The position numbers and the translations under genes are program-made. A stretch of 42,322 bases of DNA from a virus (Duplodnaviria > Caudoviricetes), in IMG/VR virus record IMGVR_UViG_3300009104_000041, positions 1-42,322 of that record. One strand, 5' to 3'. This document shows, one piece after another, positions 7,524 through 14,548 of the stretch. The notes under the pieces were generated by a model, which did no database searches, was not told where the DNA came from, and was given only the letters and a program-made list of their open reading frames with translations. How positions within the stretch are numbered: position 1 is the stretch's first letter; every line of letters begins with the position of its first letter.

Positions 7524-7733
7524 ATGACATATACATTTGACAAATTCATTGCGGACTGCCGTCTGGCAGGTATCGCATTTCGCCACCCTAAACAGGCCAA
7601 CTACTATTGGAACCTGTGGGTAGAAACTATGGTACACGATAACAAAGTCGGTGCCGAACACGATTTCGGAGCATATGCCACTTGGATGAAAAAACGAAAG
7701 GACCCAGTGGTCCCGCTCTTGGGAGTACAGTAA
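7524..7733 (+). CDS. Hypothetical protein
   Basis: AAGGAG RBS; tightly packed. Confidence 0.7.
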   Translation: MTYTFDKFIADCRLAGIAFRHPKQANYYWNLWVETMVHDNKVGAEHDFGAYATWMKKRKDPVVPLLGVQ

Positions 7734-8110
7734 TGCCGAAAAAGAAACACACAACCCCCTGGACTGACCAGTCAATGAACCCTGTTGCAGTACAAGAGCG
7801 TCTGGACGGATATGTTGAAATGGTCCAGGGCAAGATGAATGCCTATTGGGAAATGATGAAGTACACCCATGCCGCACCTGATACCATTACCGTAGACTAC
7901 GGCAAGAAATATGCCAGAGTAGTTCACGCAAATGGCACTCAACGGTCTGTCCATACCTTTGTCAATATGATAAACGGTGACATTCTAAAATCAGGTAGTT
8001 GGAAGGCCCCTGCACCTAATGGTGTTCGTGGGAATATTTTTGAAGATGATTTTGGCGCCAGTGTTGTGAATGAGTATGGTGCCAGTTACTTGAAAGGACC
8101 AAGGTGGTAA
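7733..8110 (+). CDS. Conserved phage hypothetical protein
   Basis: TAATG-coupled start at 7733; GKKY.R....SVH.FV....GDILK..SWKAPA..VRGNI motif. Confidence 0.8.
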   Translation: MPKKKHTTPWTDQSMNPVAVQERLDGYVEMVQGKMNAYWEMMKYTHAAPDTITVDYGKKYARVVHANGTQRSVHTFVNMINGDILKSGSWKAPAPNGVRGNIFEDDFGASVVNEYGASYLKGPRW

Positions 8111-8112
8111 TA

Positions 8113-8421
8113 ATGCCAAGAGTATACCGAAAGGTAATATTGGGTCACAAGACCAATATGTTCAAGTGCTCAGATTGTCTTGATAAGGACAATCTGCCGC
8201 AACTGGATTGGGATGACACCATACTGCCAGGTGATGGTAACCCTGGTGTATGGGAAGAAGCACCCCTTGAAAAGTGTGACTATTGCTATGCAGTAGATGC
8301 TGATTCACGGGAAGAGATGTACGAATGGTCTGCCGAGATGGACAGACAATCTTGGGAAGAGGACGATTGGTATGCTGAACAAGATGCTCTAAAAAAAATT
8401 GACCAGCGATTTGATTTATGA
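8113..8421 (+). CDS. Hypothetical protein with two CxxC pairs (possible Zn finger)
   Basis: CSDC and CDYC motifs; acidic C-terminus. Confidence 0.65.
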   Translation: MPRVYRKVILGHKTNMFKCSDCLDKDNLPQLDWDDTILPGDGNPGVWEEAPLEKCDYCYAVDADSREEMYEWSAEMDRQSWEEDDWYAEQDALKKIDQRFDL

Positions 8422-8648
8422 TAAAAATCGGAGATATGGTTGAACTATTACCCACTAATCAGCGTAATAGACAACTGAGAAAACAAGAAAACAAACACGA
8501 TTGGACGGTACTCAAGATTGATCCAGAGACTATCTGCTTCAATCGGCAAGAGGGCATACTGATTCAGTCCGTGATTGACAGTAAACACACCCGATGGGTT
8601 CAACGGGATGATATTGAGCTCAAAGAATTTAGGGAGAACTTACGATGA
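8418..8648 (+). CDS. Hypothetical protein
   Basis: ATGA overlap; starts MIKIGDMVEL. Confidence 0.7.
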   Translation: MIKIGDMVELLPTNQRNRQLRKQENKHDWTVLKIDPETICFNRQEGILIQSVIDSKHTRWVQRDDIELKEFRENLR

Positions 8649-8857
8649 AGGAGTACAAAACAGGTTTGGAGTTTCTGAACGAAGCACCATATGCAGAACG
8701 TGCTCAAGAAATGAAAGAAATGTGCCAAAAACTTGCGGATGACATAACAACCACCGTAGTAGATGGTGAGACTTTAGCATATATGCTAATGGAAATGTAC
8801 AGTCGAGGTCTGAATGACGGCGCCACTGCTGCAATGGCTACTGAGGTATTACACTAA
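8645..8857 (+). CDS. Hypothetical protein
   Basis: GGAG RBS, ATGA overlap. Confidence 0.7.
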   Translation: MKEYKTGLEFLNEAPYAERAQEMKEMCQKLADDITTTVVDGETLAYMLMEMYSRGLNDGATAAMATEVLH

Positions 8858-9024
8858 TGGGATGGCGGAGTGAAGAATTCTTTTTTAACATCAAAGAAGA
8901 TATAATTGAAAAATTGGAACTGATGTCTAATAAAGAGCGGCTCTTACTTTTAAATGAGCTTGAAACTGATACAGGCAATTCTGTAATTACCTATGACCTT
9001 GCTGAAATCATGGAGAATCTCTAA
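8857..9024 (+). CDS. Hypothetical protein (55 aa)
   Basis: Manual call; TAATG coupling at both ends; MGWRSEEFFFNIKEDIIEKLELMS... Confidence 0.65.
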   Translation: MGWRSEEFFFNIKEDIIEKLELMSNKERLLLLNELETDTGNSVITYDLAEIMENL

Positions 9025-9248
9025 TGGACCTACAAGAATTTTATGACCTGCTCAAAAGGCATGATTGGTCATTTAATTATTCTGATGACCACCGGCAATG
9101 GCAGAGAGGCCGTGGCGAGTTGAATCAGATCCAACATATAATGAAACAAAACGAGGACGACCCACGTTATAGTTCACTATATGACCATTATCGTGAGTGG
9201 CATTTTGATGTCCTGGGCGATGTAACCAAACCGGAGAGACCTGAATGA
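9024..9248 (+). CDS. Hypothetical phage protein
   Basis: GGAG RBS; L..HDW...YSDD.R.W..G motif. Confidence 0.75.
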   Translation: MDLQEFYDLLKRHDWSFNYSDDHRQWQRGRGELNQIQHIMKQNEDDPRYSSLYDHYREWHFDVLGDVTKPERPE

Positions 9249-9430
9249 GAGAAGCAACAATTGAAGTTTTGAACAGGGGTGAGAAGGTGTTAGGCTCCCC
9301 AACAATAGGGCGTTATATGGTACGAGAGTATAACGATGGTGAAGAAACAGGCGGTGCGTTCTACAAGACATTGGAGGATGCAGATAAGCACGTAGCTGAG
9401 TATATACAGGAGAATGATGATGACGGCTGA
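9245..9430 (+). CDS. Hypothetical protein
   Basis: GGAG RBS, ATGA overlap. Confidence 0.65.
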   Translation: MREATIEVLNRGEKVLGSPTIGRYMVREYNDGEETGGAFYKTLEDADKHVAEYIQENDDDG

Positions 9431-9665
9431 CATTACCGGCCATACTACCCCTCGACCAAGTGGAATAAAACGAAACGAGATGGAGAAGCGTATCGAAAAA
9501 TTGGAAGAGCGGACCAAAGAATTGAAAATCATGGTGAATTGTTTACGCAAACAGATGCTTGATATGGGAGGTAAAAAATCTTATACTGAGCAGGCAAGAG
9601 AATATGCCGCAATGCGAGAACAGGAAGAACCCAACCCATATCACGGAACACATTCCGAGGAGTAA
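9414..9665 (+). CDS. Hypothetical protein (start uncertain)
   Basis: Coiled-coil-like EKRIEKLEERTKEL segment; ends PNPYHGTHSEE. Confidence 0.6.
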   Translation: MMMTADITGHTTPRPSGIKRNEMEKRIEKLEERTKELKIMVNCLRKQMLDMGGKKSYTEQAREYAAMREQEEPNPYHGTHSEE

Positions 9666-9667
9666 AA

Positions 9668-9994
9668 ATGAGAGAAGTCTATAAGAAATATGGCGACGAG
9701 AGTGGCCCCAATTACATACTGGACCTTGATGGCCCTGATGGTAATGTTTACTTTCTATGGAGCATACTGGAAAGGTTTATTGATGAGGATGCAATAGAGG
9801 AGTCCAAGCGTGGTGCTCACTTCGCCAATCCGGATGATTGCCCTTATGAGGGATATGAGCGTATATTGGACTATTGTCTATATCACTTGCAGGGCAGTCC
9901 CGCTGCTATTGACTTCTATATGTACGGACACCATGTTCAGCAGATATCAGATTATCAATATGCGATTAACACCGCATCGGCCCGTGGTTACTAA
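9668..9994 (+). CDS. Hypothetical phage protein
   Basis: GAGGAG RBS; LDLDGPDGNVYFL motif. Confidence 0.75.
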   Translation: MREVYKKYGDESGPNYILDLDGPDGNVYFLWSILERFIDEDAIEESKRGAHFANPDDCPYEGYERILDYCLYHLQGSPAAIDFYMYGHHVQQISDYQYAINTASARGY

Positions 9995-10003
9995 TAAAAG
10001 AGG

Positions 10004-10032
10004 TTGACAAGTGTATTATTCCGTGATAGGAT
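10004..10032 (+). promoter_or_regulatory. sigma70-type promoter (TTGACA-17-TAGGAT)
   Basis: Same TAGGATGGAACAATG junction as at 4355-4369. Confidence 0.75.
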
Positions 10033-10038
10033 GGAACA

Positions 10039-10257
10039 ATGATTAGCTTCAAATATGACTCCCATCGTATTGATATGGGCATTAAAAAAGAAACAGCGTG
10101 TCCAATGAGGGATGTACCTTCAATGGATACTAGACTAACCGGGGCAGTAACCCCTCCACGTAGGTCTTATACGAGTAACCATACAATAGCGCCTGCTTAC
10201 AATAAGGGCGGCTATCAAGTTATAAGTAAGGACTGTATTAAGGATATAGGAAGATGA
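10039..10257 (+). CDS. Conserved T4-like phage hypothetical protein
   Basis: C-terminal TIAPAYNKGGYQVIS...KDIGR motif. Confidence 0.75.
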   Translation: MISFKYDSHRIDMGIKKETACPMRDVPSMDTRLTGAVTPPRRSYTSNHTIAPAYNKGGYQVISKDCIKDIGR

Positions 10258-10694
10258 ACATCGAATTACAGGTCGATTGCAACGGACGTTGCTACGCTTT
10301 TTTAAGAGCAGTTTTAGTTGTAATTATATTTGGCATGAGTATGCTATACTTGGGGACTGCTAAGGCAGGTAACATGAATTGGAGTATCCATTTTGATTGG
10401 GTAATTCCCCATCATGGTCATGGACCCGTCTATAATCATGGACATGGCCACGGCTATGTGAATTGTCCAGAGTATTACTGGCAGTATGGTTGTAATTCTC
10501 GTGGATTTAATTGTCGAGTTATGCCGCCTCAAGATTGTGTTGGCGGACGTTTGACTATGCCAAGGCCAAGACACGACCACGGACATGGCCATATTCATAC
10601 CTGGAGATGTTATCAGAGACATTGGCATGGTCATAATTTCTCACATCAACATCATGCTGATGGACATCATGAGCATGGCTATAATAACAGATAA
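10254..10694 (+). CDS. His-rich exported or membrane-anchored protein
   Basis: Hydrophobic segment ending AKA; about 21 His in HGHGH-type runs. Confidence 0.65.
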   Translation: MNIELQVDCNGRCYAFLRAVLVVIIFGMSMLYLGTAKAGNMNWSIHFDWVIPHHGHGPVYNHGHGHGYVNCPEYYWQYGCNSRGFNCRVMPPQDCVGGRLTMPRPRHDHGHGHIHTWRCYQRHWHGHNFSHQHHADGHHEHGYNNR

Positions 10695-10701
10695 GAATAC
10701 T

Positions 10702-10776
10702 GCGGGATTCGTATAATGGCTATTACCTCAGGTTTCCAACCTGATGATGTGGGTTCGACTCCCTCATCCCGCTCCA
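10702..10776 (+). tRNA. tRNA-Gly (TCC)
   Basis: Acceptor stem GCGGGAT/ATCCCGC, anticodon arm TCAGG-TTTCCAA-CCTGA, TTCGACT loop, encoded CCA; one T.T mismatch in the T-stem. Confidence 0.95.
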
Positions 10777-11360
10777 GTACTCATAATGAGTTTATCGGTA
10801 CATATGATGGATATTTTACTGATGAATTCATTGATTATACCTTGAACTGGTATAATACAGCAAAAGAACAAGGACTAATACATACTCGCCGAGGTCATTT
10901 TGTTTCTGATGAAGCTGTTGGTCTACTTGCTCAAGATTATTTGGATCAATTAAGGGGTTGTGCTCCTATGACGTATAAGCTCAAACCCTTTACTGAAATG
11001 TATTGGTCTGCGCAAGAAGAATACGCAAATCAATACCCCATTCTCCATGAGTATGATGCACAAGGCATTGTAGATGCTAAAATACAACATACTAAAGAGG
11101 GAGAGGGGTATCATGCTTGGCATGCTGAATCGGCGAATATGTTATTCCGCAATAGAATTATAACTTGGATGCTTTATCTGAATGATGATTTTGAAGGCGG
11201 AGAGACAGAATTCCTTTATCAGAAATTACGAATACAACCCAAACGAGGACGTTTATTGATATGGCCTGCGTCATATACGCACGTGCATAGAGGTGGTTTA
11301 GTGCTGAAAGGTTCTAAATTTGTTATTACAGGATGGGTCGAATTAATCGGCTCAAGTTAA
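10716..11360 (+). CDS. 2OG-Fe(II) oxygenase (prolyl-4-hydroxylase-like); start codon lies inside the tRNA
   Basis: GYHAWHAE, WMLYLNDDFEGGETEFLYQ, P..G.LLIWPA..TH.HRG and KF..TGW motifs. Confidence 0.85.
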   Translation: MAITSGFQPDDVGSTPSSRSSTHNEFIGTYDGYFTDEFIDYTLNWYNTAKEQGLIHTRRGHFVSDEAVGLLAQDYLDQLRGCAPMTYKLKPFTEMYWSAQEEYANQYPILHEYDAQGIVDAKIQHTKEGEGYHAWHAESANMLFRNRIITWMLYLNDDFEGGETEFLYQKLRIQPKRGRLLIWPASYTHVHRGGLVLKGSKFVITGWVELIGSS

Positions 11361-11371
11361 GGGGGAAACTT

Positions 11372-11536
11372 ATGGTACTAATAAATACCATGATGGAAAA
11401 AATTAGAGATAAAGAAAAGTCTCCACACCCTGGTTGGAGATATTTCGTCTGTTTGAAACTAATTAGAGGAATTTTCCTAGGAGCAATACTTTTAGGATTG
11501 TATACAGTAATAATGTTGTACTATATGAACAATTAA
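11372..11536 (+). CDS. Small membrane protein
   Basis: GGGGG RBS; hydrophobic C-terminus. Confidence 0.55.
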   Translation: MVLINTMMEKIRDKEKSPHPGWRYFVCLKLIRGIFLGAILLGLYTVIMLYYMNN

Positions 11537-11551
11537 TGGAGTTTTATTACA

Positions 11552-11917
11552 ATGACACAAAATGTTAAAGCGGCAGCTGGTGATACAGAATTCATGCCAG
11601 CATTTGATTATTCTGAAGTAACTGAAAATGATAGACATCTGGTAGACGAAATTATACGAAGATATGGCCATCCCGAGGCCGAGAAGATCCGAGAAGATTT
11701 CGGAATGGTAGAGGTGAGCGAATATGATGAATCACAATCTACCTTTCTTAAAGCGTGTAACGATGCCGGTGTGTCATATCAGTATCAAGGGCATAATATT
11801 CAAGATGGTGTAAAATACCCTATGTATGGTGTGATAGGTGAGATACGCCATTTAAATAAAATAACTGATGGATTGATTGAAAAAGTAATGAAGATGGTCC
11901 AAGAGGAAGATGATTGA
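11552..11917 (+). CDS. Hypothetical protein
   Basis: GGAG RBS; 121-aa ORF. Confidence 0.7.
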   Translation: MTQNVKAAAGDTEFMPAFDYSEVTENDRHLVDEIIRRYGHPEAEKIREDFGMVEVSEYDESQSTFLKACNDAGVSYQYQGHNIQDGVKYPMYGVIGEIRHLNKITDGLIEKVMKMVQEEDD

Positions 11918-12083
11918 AGGATTTATAATTATACTGGCTGTAGGGTTCGTGGTGTATTATCTTATACGCCACCCTATTAAATCAATTAAGATAATTGCAG
12001 GTGGAGTAGCGCTGATGCTACTAGGACTTGTAGCTATTTCGGCATTTACATTTGGAACAGCGTTTATATTAACACAACTATGA
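11910..12083 (+). CDS. Small two-TM membrane protein (57 aa)
   Basis: Manual call: MIEGFIIILAVGFVVYYLIRHPIKSIKIIAGGVALMLLGLVAISAFTFGTAFILTQL. Confidence 0.65.
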   Translation: MIEGFIIILAVGFVVYYLIRHPIKSIKIIAGGVALMLLGLVAISAFTFGTAFILTQL

Positions 12084-12442
12084 AAACGATTATTTGCGAT
12101 GTAGATGGAACTCTTGTGAAACATATGCACGATGGACATAAGGGTATAATGGACACTCCGCATGAAGTACTACCTGGCGTAGTTGAAAAGATGAGGGAGT
12201 GGGAAGCTCAAGGGCATCGTATTATTCTTATTACAGGTAGACGAGAGTCCGTGAGAGAACGAACCGAATCAGAACTCCGCAGACTAGGCGTTCCGTTTGA
12301 TATACTGTTAATGGGGCATGCAGACACAGGACGTATACTGATAAACGATATAGGTAGTAAAGGTAATACAAAGTGCCATGCTATCCCTCTCGCACGTGAT
12401 GGTGGATTCAGTAAAACGAACTGGAGTATCGCAGGGTTATGA
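12080..12442 (+). CDS. HAD-superfamily phosphatase-like protein
   Basis: IICDVDGTL (DxDGT), ITGR and INDI motifs. Confidence 0.85.
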   Translation: MKTIICDVDGTLVKHMHDGHKGIMDTPHEVLPGVVEKMREWEAQGHRIILITGRRESVRERTESELRRLGVPFDILLMGHADTGRILINDIGSKGNTKCHAIPLARDGGFSKTNWSIAGL

Positions 12443-12681
12443 AACGCAAAGTACCAGAAAAGACAAGCACGCCTCCGTTAAAGGAGAACGACAGAGTACT
12501 AATACGCAATGACGAAGGAGAAGAGCGCACAATAACCGTACGCTGGCTAGACTCCAAAACAGGTATACTATCAAAGCCCGACTACGAACACTACCATACC
12601 CCGGAGGCTAAAGAATTCGGATGGGGCCCACCTATATGGACCGTCATAAAGAAACTACCGAAGAAGAAAAAGAAGAAATGA
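12439..12681 (+). CDS. Hypothetical protein
   Basis: ATGA overlap; Lys-rich tail. Confidence 0.6.
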   Translation: MKRKVPEKTSTPPLKENDRVLIRNDEGEERTITVRWLDSKTGILSKPDYEHYHTPEAKEFGWGPPIWTVIKKLPKKKKKK

Positions 12682-12944
12682 AATGGCTCTACAACATAAC
12701 CGACAATATCGACATATGGGTTCAACGAAAGTTAAAAAAACGTCCCAAACAAGCCTCCTACGAGTGGTATCAGGATAATATTCCACATAAACTAGGAGAC
12801 GAACGCATAGGGGCCGCACTAGGGGTAAACAAGGTAGACAAGGATGAAACTAAAAAAGGTAAGATACATCGTCCCAAACGGAGAAACAAACGCAAAAAGA
12901 AAACTATGGTCAGTGGGATGGCTGATAAAAAGAGGCGCAGATAA
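12678..12944 (+). CDS. Hypothetical basic protein
   Basis: ATGA overlap at 12678; overlaps the next ORF by about 100 nt, so its extent is uncertain. Confidence 0.45.
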   Translation: MKWLYNITDNIDIWVQRKLKKRPKQASYEWYQDNIPHKLGDERIGAALGVNKVDKDETKKGKIHRPKRRNKRKKKTMVSGMADKKRRR

Positions 12945-13053
12945 TTATTATTTAATTTATGATGACAGATATGGAGAGAACTATGTACATGATAAAGACA
13001 TTAGAAGGGTATCAGAGTATGGCTGGAGTACCAATGAACATGGATGTGTATGA
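12844..13053 (+). CDS. Hypothetical protein
   Basis: 69-aa ORF with plausible composition; overlaps both neighbours. Confidence 0.45.
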   Translation: MKLKKVRYIVPNGETNAKRKLWSVGWLIKRGADNYYLIYDDRYGENYVHDKDIRRVSEYGWSTNEHGCV

Positions 13054-13183
13054 AGCCCATCCCTTTGTATATCGTAATAGAAGGTCCTCAGAGACCCTTG
13101 AAGATTATTGCAAGTATGTTTTTCAACAGGAAGCCAGGGAGAATTTGATAAAACGAGGCCGGCGTATAAAGATGCAAGAATGA
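13034..13183 (+). CDS. Hypothetical protein
   Basis: GGAG RBS before the ATG at 13034. Confidence 0.5.
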   Translation: MNMDVYEAHPFVYRNRRSSETLEDYCKYVFQQEARENLIKRGRRIKMQE

Positions 13184-13280
13184 TAGGGAAAACCTATTAA
13201 TGAGAATTATTGCGTACCCATAGTGTAGTCTTTATCGTATGTTTCCGAAAATGTCAAGAGATTTTTTTGAGTCAGGAGGG

Positions 13281-13308
13281 TTGACATACTCTGTGGACCT
13301 GATAGGAT
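13281..13308 (+). promoter_or_regulatory. Possible sigma70 promoter (TTGACA-16-TAGGAT)
   Basis: Same TAGGATGG -10 context as at 4355 and 10027; no ORF follows directly. Confidence 0.5.
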
Positions 13309-13497
13309 GGTTGGTGTCCTTGAGACTCCGAGTACCATAGAGTATAAGAGAACACTAATACACCTGATGACCTCGAAGAACCTCTGTAACCCATTGATTT
13401 ATAAAGACTATTTAACCGGTCAACTGTCATGGATCCATAGAATACCCTTGGAGAACCCATAGATAACTCATTGATTTCATTGAGGTTTTCAGAGCAC

Positions 13498-13526
13498 TTG
13501 ACTCTCCTATGGGTACCGAGTATAAT
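13498..13526 (+). promoter_or_regulatory. Strong sigma70 early promoter (TTGACT-17-TATAAT)
   Basis: Near-perfect consensus; preceded by minus-strand IHF-consensus boxes at 13387-13399 and 13464-13476. Confidence 0.85.
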
Positions 13527-13619
13527 GGACACATTAAATCGAGATGGCCTACTGGCGTCCTAACAGACTAGACCCCTACTGGGTACTGACAGACCATCTC
13601 ACCTACCAAGAGAAATAAA

Positions 13620-13781
13620 ATGCTTTCAGGAATGAACCCCAAAGACCGTACTGACCTTGATAAGGCCATTGCGTCTTATAAGGGTACGGTCACTATCGTC
13701 AAGCCTAAAAAGGTTCGACGCCACTTCACACGGACCAAATCATATGGTTATTGGTCCACTATCCGTCAGGAGGTCAAATGA
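13620..13781 (+). CDS. Small basic early protein (53 aa)
   Basis: Manual call: MLSGMNPKDRTDLDKAIASYKGTVTIVKPKKVRRHFTRTKSYGYWSTIRQEVK. Confidence 0.6.
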   Translation: MLSGMNPKDRTDLDKAIASYKGTVTIVKPKKVRRHFTRTKSYGYWSTIRQEVK

Positions 13782-13930
13782 ACCGCATATCTGACAAATG
13801 GGCATGGCTATTGTTCGTGGTCTTATGGGGTATTGTGATTGCAGTAGCCGATATGAATTGGCCAGAGCACATGGGTGGCGCAGGCCATCTGATGTCCGCT
13901 CTGATGAAGGGTCCTGGTCTGGGATTCTAA
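13778..13930 (+). CDS. Small membrane protein (50 aa)
   Basis: AGGAGG RBS, ATGA overlap; WAWLLFVVLWGIVIAVA transmembrane segment. Confidence 0.65.
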   Translation: MNRISDKWAWLLFVVLWGIVIAVADMNWPEHMGGAGHLMSALMKGPGLGF

Positions 13931-14014
13931 AGAGGACCACAGTCCTCAAAATGGGTCCCGGATTCTGGGACCAACGAAAAGCGCAAAGAAATTCAATCTT
14001 AACAAGGAAACCAA

Positions 14015-14362
14015 ATGGACGCAAGTAAACTTTTAATGGACCAGGGAGGCTTTAGAGTCTCATACCGTAACCCTTTGGGTGGTAATCGGGTTCGTTTCTT
14101 TAAAGTTCGGGATCATAATGAAGCCCGTAATGAAACTATCCGTATGTATGGTGATGATATTGATGAATCACCGGTACGTATTGAGCGAATCGCCATGTTT
14201 GGTGAACATACCCATACATGGACATCTGATAACATCTGGGATTCATGTCTCAGGCTTCAGTGGGTTGTTGGTCCTTCTGATTATGAAAAGAAGGAACGTC
14301 GGCGGTATAGACGTTATTCTAACCGCAGTGGGGATCGTGGACGAAACCTCAACCGTAAATAA
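14015..14362 (+). CDS. Hypothetical protein
   Basis: AAGGA RBS; Arg-rich C-terminus. Confidence 0.65.
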   Translation: MDASKLLMDQGGFRVSYRNPLGGNRVRFFKVRDHNEARNETIRMYGDDIDESPVRIERIAMFGEHTHTWTSDNIWDSCLRLQWVVGPSDYEKKERRRYRRYSNRSGDRGRNLNRK

Positions 14363-14368
14363 AAAGCG

Positions 14369-14548
14369 ATGAAAAAAATTCGTGGGAAAAATTTTAACGA
14401 CAGAACCCGCTCTGCAAAGGACAAGCGTTCTGGTCGTATCTTTCGGAATCTTGTAGCAAAGCAAGACCGAAACAAAGGTGGTTATCATTCCCCTGGGAAG
14501 TATAACCGAAATCAAAAACATTTACTGGATTATCAGTATGAAAATTAA
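14369..14548 (+). CDS. Small basic protein (59 aa)
   Basis: Manual call: MKKIRGKNFNDRTRSAKDKRSGRIFRNLVAKQDRNKGGYHSPGKYNRNQKHLLDYQYEN. Confidence 0.6.
   Translation: MKKIRGKNFNDRTRSAKDKRSGRIFRNLVAKQDRNKGGYHSPGKYNRNQKHLLDYQYEN

Noticed and set aside
10702-10776. tRNA-Gly as a prophage attachment site
   Set aside because: No integrase and no duplicated tRNA 3' end were seen in the window.
13798-14372. Track ORFs 13798-14028 and 14079-14372
   Set aside because: Alternative frames (13778-13930 and 14015-14362) have clear RBSs and better packing.
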